Below are positions 1 to 13,000 of a DNA stretch of 64,000 nt, one piece after another; within the stretch, counting starts at the first letter, position 1; every line of letters starts with the position of its first letter. This stretch comes from Balanoglossus misakiensis (Eukaryota > Animalia > Hemichordata). Below the pieces are notes generated by a model. The model did not search any database. It worked only from the letters and a program-made list of their open reading frames with translations, and was not told the origin of the DNA. The position numbers and the translations under genes were made by a program. The DNA is taken from positions 13,297,864 to 13,361,863 of the forward strand of contig CM082583.2 in NCBI GenBank assembly GCA_040954595.2, given 5' to 3'.

Positions 1-1015
1 TTTTCAAAAAATGACCAAATTTTGAAAATTCGCAAAGTCGAAAAATCGTCGATTTTTGAACATTTTCCTGAGCTATAACCCATGGTTTTTTCAAAAAATG
101 TCCAAATTTTGAAAATTCGCAAAGTCGAAAAATCCTCGATTTTTGAACATTTTCCTGAGCTATAACCCATGGTTTTTTCAAAAAATGACCAAATTTTGAA
201 AATTCGCAAAGTCGAAAAATCGTCGATTTTTGAACATTTTCCTGAGCTATAACCCATGGTTTTTTCAAAAAATGACCAAATTTTGAAAATTCGCAAAGTC
301 GAAAAATCGTCGATTTTTGAACATTTTCCTGAGCTATAACCCATGGTTTTTTCAAAAAATGACCAAATTTTGAAAATTCGCAAAGTCGAAAAATCCTCGA
401 TTTTTGAACATTTTCCTGAGCTATAACCCATGGTTTTTTCAAAAAATGACCAAATTTTGAAAATTCGCAAAGTCGAAAAATCCTCGATTTTTGAACATTT
501 TCCTGAGCTATAACCCATGGTTTTTTCAAAAAATGACCAAATTTTGAAAATTCGCAAAGTCGAAAAATCGTCGATTTTTGAACATTTTCCTGAGCTATAA
601 CCCATGGTTTTTTCAAAAAATGACCAAATTTTGAAAATTCGCAAAGTCGAAAAATCGTCGATTTTTGAACATTTTCCTGAGCTATAACGCATGGTTTTTT
701 TCAAAAAATGACCAAATTTTGAAAATTCGCAAAGTCGAAAAATCGTCGATTTTTTGAACATTTTCCTGAGCTATAACCCATGGTTTTTTCAAAAAATGAC
801 CAAATTTTGAAAATTCGCAAAGTCGAAAAATCGTCGATTTTTGAACATTTTCCTGAGCTATAACCCATGGTTTTTTCAAAAATGACCAAATTTTGAAAAT
901 TCGCAAAGTCGAAAAATCCTCGATTTTTGAACATTTTCCTGAGCTATAACCCATGATTTTTTCAAAAAATGACCAAATTTTGAAAATTCGCAAAGTCGAA
1001 AAATCCTCGATTTTT
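1..1015 (-). repeat. 87/88-bp satellite, reverse-orientation arm (~11.6 monomers, continues beyond window start)
   Basis: Tandem copies of the reverse complement of the monomer at 1020-19289. Mostly 87-bp units, several with the GAGG variant (seen as cctc). Confidence 0.98.
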
Positions 1016-1019
1016 AAAA

Positions 1020-4000
1020 TCAGGAAAATGTTCAAAAATCGACGATTTTTCGACTTTGCGAATTTTCAAAATTTGGTCATTTTTTGAAAAAAACCATGGG
1101 TTAAAGCTCAGGAAAATGTTCAAAAATCGACGATTTTTCGACTTTGCGAATTTTCAAAATTTGGTCATTTTTTGAAAAAAACCATGGGTTATAGCTCAGG
1201 AAAATGTTCAAAAATCGACGATTTTTCGACTTTGCGAATTTTCAAAATTTGGTCATTTTTTGAAAAAACCATGGGTTATAGCTCAGGAAAATGTTCAAAA
1301 ATCGACGATTTTTCGACTTTGCGAATATTCAAAATTTGGTCATTTTTTGAAAAAAACCATGGGTTATAGCTCAGGAAAATGTTCAAAAATCGACGATTTT
1401 TCGACTTTGCGAATTTTCAAAATTTGGTCATTTTTTGAAAAAAACCATGGGTTATAGCTCAGGAAAATGTTCAAAAATCGACGATTTTTCGACTTTGCGA
1501 ATTTTCAAAATTTGGTCATTTTTTTGAAAAAAACCATGGGTTATAGCTCAGGAAAATGTTCAAAAATCGACGATTTTTCGACTTTGCGAATTTTCAAAAT
1601 TTGGTCATTTTTTGAAAAAAAAACATGGGTTATAGCTCAGGAAAATGTTCAAAAATCGACGATTTTTCGACTTTGCGAATTTTCAAAATTTGGTCATTTT
1701 TTGAAAAAACCATGGGTTATAGCTCAGGAAAATGTTCAAAAATCGACGATTTTTCGACTTTGCGAATTTTCAAAATTTGGTCATTTTTTGAAAAAAAACA
1801 TGGGTTATAGCTCAGGAAAATGTTCAAATATCGAGGATTTTTCGACTTTGCGAATTTTCAAAATTTGGTCATTTTTTGAAAAAAACCATGGGTTATAGCT
1901 CAGGAAAATGTTCAAAAATCGACGATTTTTCGACTTTGCGAATTTTCAAAATTTGGTCATTTTTTGAAAAAAACCATGGGTTATAGCTCAGGAAAATGTT
2001 CAAAAATCGACGATTTTTCGACTTTGCGAATTTTCAAAATTTGGTCATTTTTTGAAAAAAACCATGGGTTATAGCTCAGGAAAATGTTCAAAAATCGACG
2101 ATTTTGCGACTTTGCGAATTTTCAAAATTTGGTCATTTTTTGAAAAAAACCATGGGTTATAGCTCAGGAAAATGTTCAAAAATCGACGATTTTCCGACTT
2201 TGCGAATTTTCAAAATTTGGTCATTTTTGAAAAAAACCATGGGTTATAGCTCAGGAAAATGTTCAAAAATCGACGATTTTTCGACTTTGCGAATTTTCAA
2301 AATTTGGTCATTTTTTGAAAAAACCATGGGTTATAGCTCAGGAAAATGTTCAAAAATCGACGATTTTTCGACTTTGCGAATTTTCAAAATTTGGTCATTT
2401 TTTGAAAAAAACCATGGGTTATAGCTCAGGAAAATGTTCAAAAATCGACGATTTTTCGACTTTGCGAATTTTCAAAATTTGGTCATTTTTTGAAAAAAAC
2501 CATGGGTTATAGCTCAGGAAAATGTTCAAAAATCGACGATTTTTCGACTTTGCGAATTTTCAAAATTTGGTCATTTTTTGATAAAAACCATGGGTTATAG
2601 CTCAGGAAAATGTTCAAAAATCGACGATTTTTCGACTTTGCGAATTTTCAAAATTTGGTCATTTTTTGAAAAAAACCATGGGTTATAGCTCAGGAAAATG
2701 TTCAAAAATCGACGATTTTTCGACTTTGCGAATTTTCAAAATTTGGTCATTTTTTGAAAAAACCATGGGTTATAGCTCAGGAAAATGTTCAAAAATCGAC
2801 GATTTTTCGACTTTGCGAATTTTCAAAATTTGGTCATTTTTTGAAAAAACCATGGGTTATAGCTCAGGAAAATGTTCAAAAATCGACGATTTTTCGACTT
2901 TGCGAATTTTCAAAATTTGGTCATTTTTTGAAAAAAACCATGGGTTATAGCTCAGGAAAATGTTCAAAAATCGACGATTTTTCGACTTTGCGAATTTTCA
3001 AAATTTGGTCATTTTTTGAAAAAAAACATGGGTTATAGCTCAGGAAAATGTTCAAAAATCGACGATTTTTCGACTTTGCGAATTTTCAAAATATGGTCAT
3101 TTTTGAAAAAAACCATGGGTTATAGCTCAGGAAAATGTTCAAAAATCGACGATTTTTCGACTTTGCGAATTTTCAAAATTTGGTCATTTTTTGAAAAAAA
3201 CCATGGGTTATAGCTCAGGAAAATGTTCAAAAATCGACGATTTTTCGACTTTGCGAATTTTCAAAATTTGGTCATTTTTTGAAAAAAACCATGGGTTATA
3301 GCTCAGGAAAATGTTCAAAAATCGACGATTTTTTCGACTCTGCGAATTTTCAAAATTTGGTCATTTTTTGAAAAAACCATGGGTTATAGCTCAGGAAAAT
3401 GTTCAAAAATCGACGATTTTTCGACTTTGCGAATTTTCAAAATTTGGTCATTTTTTGAAAAAAACCATGGGTTATAGCTCAGGAAAATGTTCAAAAATCG
3501 ACGATTTTTCGACTTTGCGAATTTTCAAAATTTGGTCATTTTTTGAAAAAAACCATGGGTTATAGCTCAGGAAAATGTTCAAAAATCGACGATTTTTCGA
3601 CTTTGCGAATTTTCAAAATTTGGTCATTTTTTGAAAAAAACCATGGGTTATAGCTCAGGAAAATGTTCAAAAATCGACGATTTTTCGACTTTGCGAATTT
3701 TCAAAATTTGGTCATTTTTTGAAAAAAACCATGGGTTATAGCTCAGGAAAATGTTCAAAAATCGACGATTTTTCGACTTTGCGAATTTTCAAAATTTGGT
3801 CATTTTTTGAAAAAAACCATGGGTTATAGCTCAGGAAAATGTTCAAAAATCGACGATTTTTCGACTTTGCGAATTTTCAAAATTTGGTCATTTTTTGAAA
3901 AAAACCATGGGTTATAGCTCAGGAAAATGTTCAAAAATCGACGATTTTTCGACTTTGCGAATTTTCAAAATTTGGTCATTTTTTGAAAAAAACCATGGGT

Positions 4001-7000
4001 TATAGCTCAGGAAAATGTTCAAAAATCGACGATTTTTCGACTTTGCGAATTTTCAAAATTTGGTCATTTTTTGAAAAAAAACATGGGTTATAGCTCAGGA
4101 AAATGTTCAAAAATCGACGATTTTTCGACTTTGCGAATTTTCAAAATTTGGTCATTTTTTGAAAAAAACCATTGGTTATAGCTCAGGAAAATGTTCAAAA
4201 ATCGACGATTTTTCGACTTTGCGAATTTTCAAAATTTGGTCATTTTTTGAAAAAAACCATGGGTTATAGCTCAGGAAAATGTTCAAAAATCGACGATTTT
4301 TCGACTCTGCGAATTTTCAAAATTTGGTCATTTTTTGAAAAAAACCATGGGTTATAGCTCAGGAAAATGTTCAAAAATCGACGATTTTTCGACTTTGCGA
4401 ATTTTCAAAATTTGGTCATTTTTTGAAAAAAACCATGGGTTATAGCTCAGGAAAATGTTCAAAAATCGACGATTTTTCGACTTTGCGAATTTTCAAAATT
4501 TGGTCATTTTTGAAAAAAACCATGGGTTATAGCTCAGGAAAATGTTCAAAAATCGACGATTTTTCGACTTTGCGAATTTTCAAAATTTGGTCATTTTTTG
4601 AAAAAAACCATGGGTTATAGCTCAGGAAAATGTTCAGAAATCGACGATTTTTCGACTCTGCGAATTTTCAAAATTTGGTCATTTTTTGAAAAAACCATGG
4701 GTTATAGCTCAGGAAAATGTTCAAAAATCGACGATTTTTCGACTTTGCGAATTTTCAAAATTTGGTCATTTTTTGAAAAAACCATGGGTTATAGCTCAGG
4801 AAAATGTTCAAAAATCGACGATTTTTCGACTTTGCGAATTTTCAAAATTTGGTCATTTTTTGAAAAAAACATGGGTTATAGCTCAGGAAAATGTTCAAAA
4901 ATCGACGATTTTTCGACTTTGCGAATTTTCAAAATTTGGTCATTTTTTGAAAAAAACCATGGGTTATAGCTCAGGAAAATGTTCAAAAATCGACGATTTT
5001 TCGACTTTGCGAATTTTCAAAATTTGGTCATTTTTTGAAAAAAAACATGGGTTATAGCTCAGGAAAATGTTCAAAAATCGACGACTTTTCGACTTTGCGA
5101 ATTTTCAAAATTTGGTCATTTTTTGAAAAAAAACATGGGTTATAGCTCAGGAAAATGTTCAAAAATCGACGATTTTTCGACTTTGCGAATTTTCAAAATT
5201 TGGTCATTTTTTGAAAAAAACATGGGTTATAGCTCAGGAAAATGTTCAAAAATCGACGATTTTTCGACTTTGCGAATTTTCAAAATTTGGTCATTTTTTG
5301 AAAAAACCATGGGTTATAGCTCAGGAAATGTTCAAAATCGAGGATTTTTCGACTTTGCGAATTTTCAAAATTTGGTCATTTTTTGAAAAAACCATGGGTT
5401 ATAGCTCAGGAAAATGTTCAAAAATCGAGGATTTTTCGACTTTGCGAATTTTCAAAATTTGGTCATTTTTTGAAAAAACCATGGGTTATAGCTCAGGAAA
5501 ATGTTCAAAAATCGAGGATTTTTCGACTTTGCGAATTTTCAAAATTTGGTCATTTTTTGAAAAAACCATGGGTTATAGCTCAGGAAAATGTTCAAAAATC
5601 GACGATTTTTCGACTTTGCGAATTTTCAAAATTTGGTCATTTTTGAAAAAAACCATGGGTTATAGCTCAGGAAAATGTTCAAAAATCGACGATTTTTCGA
5701 CTTTGCGAATTTTCAAAATTTGGTCATTTTTTGAAAAAAACCATGGGTTATAGCTCAGGAAAATGTTCAAAAATCGACGATTTTTCGACTTTGCGAATTT
5801 TCAAAATTTGGTCATTTTTTGAAAAAAACCATGGGTTATAGCTCAGGAAAATGTTCAAAAATCGACGATTTTTCGACTTTGCGAATTTTCAAAATTTGGT
5901 CATTTTTTGAAAAAAAACATGGGTTATAGCTCAGGAAAATGTTCAAAAATCGACGATTTTTCGACTTTGCGAATTTTCAAAATTTGGTCATTTTTTGAAA
6001 AAAAACCATGGGTTATAGCTCAGGAAAATGTTCAAAAATCGACGATTTTTCGACTCTGCGAATTTTCAAAATTTGGTCATTTTTTGAAAAAAACCATGGG
6101 TTATAGCTCAGGAAAATGTACAAAAATCGACGATTTTTCGACTTTGCGAATTTTCAAAATTTGGTCATTTTTTGAAAAACCATGGGTTATAGCTCAGGAA
6201 AATGTTCAAAAATCGACGATTTTTCGACTTTGCGAATTTTCAAAATTTGGTCATTTTTTGAAAAAAACCATGGGTTATAGCTCAGGAAAATGTTCAAAAA
6301 TCGACGATTTTTCGACTTTGCGAATTTTCAAAATTTGGTCATTTTTTGAAAAAACCATGGGTTATAGCTCAGGAAAATGTTCAAAAATCGACGATTTTTC
6401 GACTTTGCGAATTTTCAAAATTTGGTCATTTTTTGAAAAAAACCATGGGTTATAGCTCAGGAAAATGTTCAAAAATCGACGATTTTTCGACTTTGCGAAT
6501 TTTCAAAATTTGGTCATTTTTTGAAAAAAACCATGGGTTATAGCTCAGGAAAATGTTCAAAAATCGACGATTTTTCGACTTTGCGAATTTTCAAATTTGG
6601 TCATTTTTTGAAAAAAACCATGGGTTATAGCTCAGGAAAATGTTCAAAATCGACGATTTTTCGACTTTGCGAATTTTCAAAATTTGGTCATTTTTTGAAA
6701 AAAACCATGGGTTATAGCTCAGGAAAATGTTCAAAAATCGACGATTTTTCGACTTTGCGAATTTTCAAAATTTGGTCATTTTTGAAAAAAACCATGGGTT
6801 ATAGCTCAGGAAAATGTTCAAAAATCGACGATTTTTCGACTTTGCGAATTTTCAAAATTTGGTCATTTTTTGAAAAAACCATGGGTTATAGCTCAGGAAA
6901 ATGTTCAAAAATCGACGATTTTTCGACTTTGCGAATTTTCAAAATTTGGTCATTTTTTGAAAAAACCATGGGTTATAGCTCAGGAAAATGTTCAAAAATC

Positions 7001-10000
7001 GACGATTTTTCGACTTTGCGAATTTTCAAAATTTGGTCATTTTTTGAAAAAACCATGGGTTATAGCTCAGGAAAATGTTCAAAAATCGACGATTTTTCGA
7101 CTTTGCGAATTTTCAAAATTTGGTCATTTTTTGAAAAAACCATGGGTTATAGCTCAGGAAAATGTTCAAAAATCGAGGATTTTTCGACTTTGCGAATTTT
7201 CAAAATTTGGTCATTTTTTGAAAAAACCATGGGTTATAGCTCAGGAAAATGTTCAAAAATCGAGGATTTTTCGACTTTGCGAATTTTCAAAATTTGGTCA
7301 TTTTTTGAAAAAACCATGGGTTATAGCTCAGGAAAATGTTCAAAAATCGACGATTTTTCGACTTTGCGAATTTTCAAAATTTGGTCATTTTTTGAAAAAA
7401 ACCATGGGTTATAGCTCAGGAAAATGTTCAAAAATCGACGATTTTTCGACTTTGCGAATTTTCAAAATTTGGTCATTTTTTGAAAAAACCATGGGTTATA
7501 GCTCAGGAAAATGTTCAAAAATCGACGATTTTTCGACTTTGCGAATTTTCAAAATTTGGTCATTTTTTGAAAAAACCATGGGTTATAGCTCAGGAAAATG
7601 TTCAAAATCGACGATTTTTCGACTTTGCGAATTTTCAAAATTTGGTCATTTTTTGAAAAAACCATGGGTTATAGCTCAGGAAAATGTTCAAAAATCGAGG
7701 ATTTTTCGACTTTGCGAATTTTCAAAATTTGGTCATTTTTTGAAAAAACCATGGGTTATAGCTCAGGAAAATGTTCAAAAATCGAGGATTTTTCGACTTT
7801 GCGAATTTTCAAAATTTGGTCATTTTTTGAAAAAAACCATGGGTTATAGCTCAGGAAAATGTTCAAAAATCGAGGATTTTCGACTTTGCGAATTTTCAAA
7901 TTTTGGTCATTTTTTGAAAAAAACCATGGGTTATAGCTCAGGAAAATGTTCAAAAATCGACGATTTTTCGACTTTGCGAATTTTCAAAATTTGGTCATTT
8001 TTTGAAAAAAACATGGGTTATAGCTCAGGAAAATGTTCAAAAATCGACGATTTTTCGACTTTGCGAATTTTCAAAATTTGGTCATTTTTTGAAAAAAACC
8101 ATGGGTTATAGCTCAGGAAAATGTTCAAAAATCGACGATTTTTCGACTCTGCGAATTTTCAAAATTTGGTCATTTTTTGAAAAAAACCATGGGTTATAGC
8201 TCAGGAAAATGTTCAAAAATCGACGATTTTTCGACTTTGCGAATTTTCAAAATTTGGTCATTTTTTGAAAAAAACCATGGGTTATAGCTCAGGAAAATGT
8301 TCAAAAATCGACGATTTTTCGACTTTGCGAATTTTCAAAATTTGGTCATTTTTTGAAAAAACCATGGGTTATAGCTCAGGAAAATGTTCAAAAATCGACG
8401 ATTTTTCGACTTTGCGAATTTTCAAAATTTGGTCATTTTTTGAAAAAACCATGGGTTATAGCTCAGGAAAATGTTCAAAAATCGACGATTTTTCGACTTT
8501 GCGAATTTTCAAAATTTGGTCATTTTTTGAAAAAAACCATGGGTTATAGCTCAGGAAAATGTTCAAAAATCGACGATTTTTCGACTTTGCGAATTTTCAA
8601 AATTTGGTCATTTTTTGAAAAAAACCATGAGTTATAGCTCAGGAAAATGTTCAAAAATCGACGATTTTTTCGACTTTGCGAATTTTCAAATTTTGGTCAT
8701 TTTTTTGAAAAAAACCCATGGGTTATAGCTCAGGAAAATGTTCAAAAATCGACGATTTTTCGACTTTGCGAATTTTCAAAATTTGGTCATTTTTTGAAAA
8801 AAACCATGGGTTATAGCTCAGGAAAATTTTCAAAAATCGACGATTTTTCGACTTTGCGAATTTTCAAAATTTGGTCATTTTTTGAAAAAAACCATGGGTT
8901 ATAGCTCAGGAAAATGTTCAAAAATCGACGATTTTTCGACTTTGCGAATTTTCAAAATTTGGTCATTTTTTGAAAAAAACCATGGGTTATAGCTCAGGAA
9001 AATGTTCAAAAATCGACGATTTTTCGACTTTGCGAATTTTCAAAATTTGGTCATTTTTTGAAAAAAACCATGGGTTATAGCTCAGGAAAATGTTCAAAAA
9101 TCGACGATTTTTCGACTTTGCGAATTTTCAAAATTTGGTCATTTTTTGAAAAAAACCATGGGTTATAGCTCAGGAAAATGTTCAAAAATCGACGATTTTT
9201 CGACTTTGCGAATTTTCAAAATTTGGTCATTTTTTGAAAAAAACCATGGGTTATAGCTCAGGAAAATGTTCAAAAATCGACGATTTTTCGACTTTGCGAA
9301 TTTTCAAAATTTGGTCATTTTTTGAAAAAAACATGGGTTATAGCTCAGGAAAATGTTCAAAAATCGACGACTTTTCGACTTTGCGAATTTTCAAAATTTG
9401 GTCATTTTTGAAAAAAAACATGGGTTATAGCTCAGGAAAATGTTCAAAAATCGACGATTTTTCGACTTTGCGAATTTTCAAAATTTGGTCATTTTTTGAA
9501 AAAAACCATGGGTTATAGCTCAGGAAAATGTTCAAAAATCGACGATTTTTCGACTTTGCGAATTTTCAAAATTTGGTCATTTTTTGAAAAAACCATGGGT
9601 TATAGGTCAGGAAAATGTTCAAAAATCGACGATTTTTCGACTTTGCGAATTTTCAAAATTTGGTCATTTTTTGAAAAAAAACATGGGTTATAGCTCAGGA
9701 AAATGTTCAAAAATCGACGATTTTTCGACTTTGCGAATTTTCAAAATTTGGTCATTTTTTGAAAAAAACCATGGGTTATAGCTCAGGAAAATGTTCAAAA
9801 ATCGACGATTTTTCGACTTTGCGAATTTTCAAAATTTGGTCATTTTTTGAAAAAAACCATGGGTTATAGATCAGGAAAATGTTCAAAAATCGACGATTTT
9901 TCGACTTTTCGAATTTTCAAAATTTGGTCATTTTTTGAAAAAAACCATGGGTTATAGCTCAGGAAAATGTTCAAAAATCGACGATTTTTCGACTTTGCGA

Positions 10001-13000
10001 ATTTTCAAAATTTGGTCATTTTTTGAAAAAAACCATGGGTTATAGCTCAGGAAAATGTTCAAAAATCGACGATTTTTCGACTTTGCGAATTTTCAAAATT
10101 TGGTCATTTTTTGAAAAAAACCATGGGTTATAGCTCAGGAAAATGTTCAAAAATGGACGATTTTTCGACTTTGCGAATTTTCAAAATTTGGTCATTTTTT
10201 GAAAAAAACCATGGGTTATAGCTCAGGAAAATGTTCAAAAATCGACGATTTTTCGACTTTGCGAATTTTCAAAATTTGGTCATTTTTTGAAAAAAACCAT
10301 GGGTTATAGCTCAGGAAAATGTTCAAAAATCGACGATTTTTCGACTTTGCGAATTTTCAAAATTTGGTCATTTTTTTGAAAAAAACCATGGGTTATAGCT
10401 CAGGAAAATGTTCAAAAATCGACGATTTTTCGACTTTGCGAATTTTCAAAATTTGGTCATTTTTTGAAAAAAACCATGGGTTATAGCTCAGGAAAATGTT
10501 CAAAAATCGACGATTTTTCGACTTTGCGAATTTTCAAAATTTGGTCATTTTTTGAAAAAAACCATGGGTTATAGCTCAGGAAAATGTTCAAAAATCGACG
10601 ATTTTTCGACTTTGCGAATTTTCAAAATTTGGTCATTTTTTGAAAAAAAACATGGGTTATAGCTCAGGAAAATGTTCAAAAATCGACGATTTTTCGACTT
10701 TGCGAATTTTCAAAATTTGGTCATTTTTTGAAAAAAACCATGGGTTATAGCTCAGGAAAATTTTCAAAAATCGACGATTTTTCGACTTTGCGAATTTTCA
10801 AAATTTGGTCATTTTTTGAAAAAAACCATGGGTTATAGCTCAGGAAAATGTTCAAAAATCGACGATTTTCGACTTTGCGAATTTTCAAAATTTGGTCATT
10901 TTTTGAAAAAAACCATGGGTTATAGCTCAGGAAAATGTTCAAAAATCGACGATTTTTCGACTTTGCGAATTTTCAAAATTTGGTCATTTTTTGAAAAAAA
11001 CCATGGGTTATAGCTCAGGAAAATGTTCAAAAATCGACGATTTTTCGACTTTGCGAATTTTCAAAATTTGGTCATTTTTTGAAAAAAAACATGGGTTATA
11101 GCTCAGGAAAATGTTCAAATATCGACGATTTTTCGACTTTGCGAAGTTTCAAAATTTGGTCATTTTTTGAAAAAAACCATGGGTTATAGCTCAGGAAAAT
11201 GGTCAAAAATCGACGATTTTTCGACTTTGCGAATTTTCAAAATTTGGTCATTTTTTGAAAAAAACCATGGGTTATAGCTCAGGAAAATGGTCAAATATCG
11301 ACGATTTTTCGACTTTGCGAATTTTCAAAATTTTGTCATTTTTTGAAAAAAACCATGGGTTATAGCTCAGGAAAATGTTCAAAAATCGACGATTTTTCGA
11401 CTTTGCGAATTTTCAAAATTTGGTCATTTTTTGAAAAAAACCATGGGTTATAGCTCAGGAAAATGTTCAAAAATCGACGATTTTTCGACTTTGCGAATTT
11501 TCAAAATTTGGTCATTTTTTGAAAAAAACCATGGGTTATAGCTCAGGAAAATGTTCAAAAATCGACGATTTTTCGACTTTGCGAATTTTCAAAATTTGGT
11601 CATTTTTTGAAAAAAACCATGGGTTATAGCTCAGGAAAATGTTCAAAAATCGACGATTTTTCGACTTTGCGAATTTTCAAAATTTGGTCATTTTTTGAAA
11701 AAAACCATGGGTTATAGCTCAGGAAAATGTTCAAAAATCGACGATTTTTCGACTTTGCGAATTTTCAAAATTTGGTCATTTTTTGAAAAAAACCATGGGT
11801 TATAGCTCAGGAAAATGTTCAAAAATCGACGATTTTTCGACTTTGCGAATTTTCAAAATTTGGTCATTTTTTGAAAAAAACCATGGGTTATAGCTCAGGA
11901 AAATGTTCAAAAATCGACGATTTTTCGACTTTGCGAATTTTCAAAATTTGGTCATTTTTTGAAAAAAACCATGGGTTATAGCTCAGGAAAATGTTCAAAA
12001 ATCGACGATTTTTCGACTTTGCGAATTTTCAAAATTTGGTCATTTTTTGAAAAAAACCATGGGTTATAGCTCAGGAAAATGTTCAAAAATCGACGATTTT
12101 TCGACTTTGCGAATTTTCAAAATTTGGTCATTTTTTGAAAAAAACCATGGGTTATAGCTCAGGAAAATGTTCAAAAATCGACGATTTTTCGACTTTGCGA
12201 ATTTTCAAAATTTGGTCATTTTTTGAAAAAAACCATGGGTTATAGCTCAGGAAAATGTTCAAAAATCGACGATTTTTCGACTTTGCGAATTTTCAAAATT
12301 TGGTCATTTTTTGAAAAAAAACATGGGTTATAGCTCAGGAAAATGTTCAAAAATCGACGATTTTTCGACTTTGCGAATTTTCAAAATTTGGTCATTTTTT
12401 GAAAAAAACCATGGGTTATAGCTCAGGAAAATTTCAAAAATCGACGATTTTTCGACTTTGCGAATTTTCAAAATTTGGTCATTTTTTGAAAAAAACCATG
12501 GGTTATAGCTCAGGAAAATGTTCAAAAATCGACGATTTTTCGACTTTGCGAATTTTCAAAATTTGGTCATTTTTGGAAAAAAACCATGGGTTATAGCTCA
12601 GGAAAATGTTCAAAAATCGACGATTTTTCGACTTTGCGAATTTTCAAAATTTGGTCATTTTTTGAAAAAAACCATGGGTTATAGCTCAGGAAAATGTTCA
12701 AAAATCGACGATTTTTCGACTTTGCGAATTTTCAAAATTTGGTCATTTTTTGAAAAAAAACATGGGTTATAGCTCAGGAAAATGTTCAAATATCGACGAT
12801 TTTTCGACTTTGCGAAGTTTCAAAATTTGGTCATTTTTTGAAAAAAACCATGGGTTATAGCTCAGGAAAATGGTCAAAAATCGACGATTTTTCGACTTTG
12901 CGAATTTTCAAAATTTGGTCATTTTTTGAAAAAAACCATGGGTTATAGCTCAGGAAAATGGTCAAATATCGACGATTTTTCGACTTTGCGAATTTTCAAA

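Noticed and set aside
1137-1150. CENP-B box in the monomer (TTCG...CG)
   Set aside because: Neither strand matches TTCGnnnnAnnCGGG.
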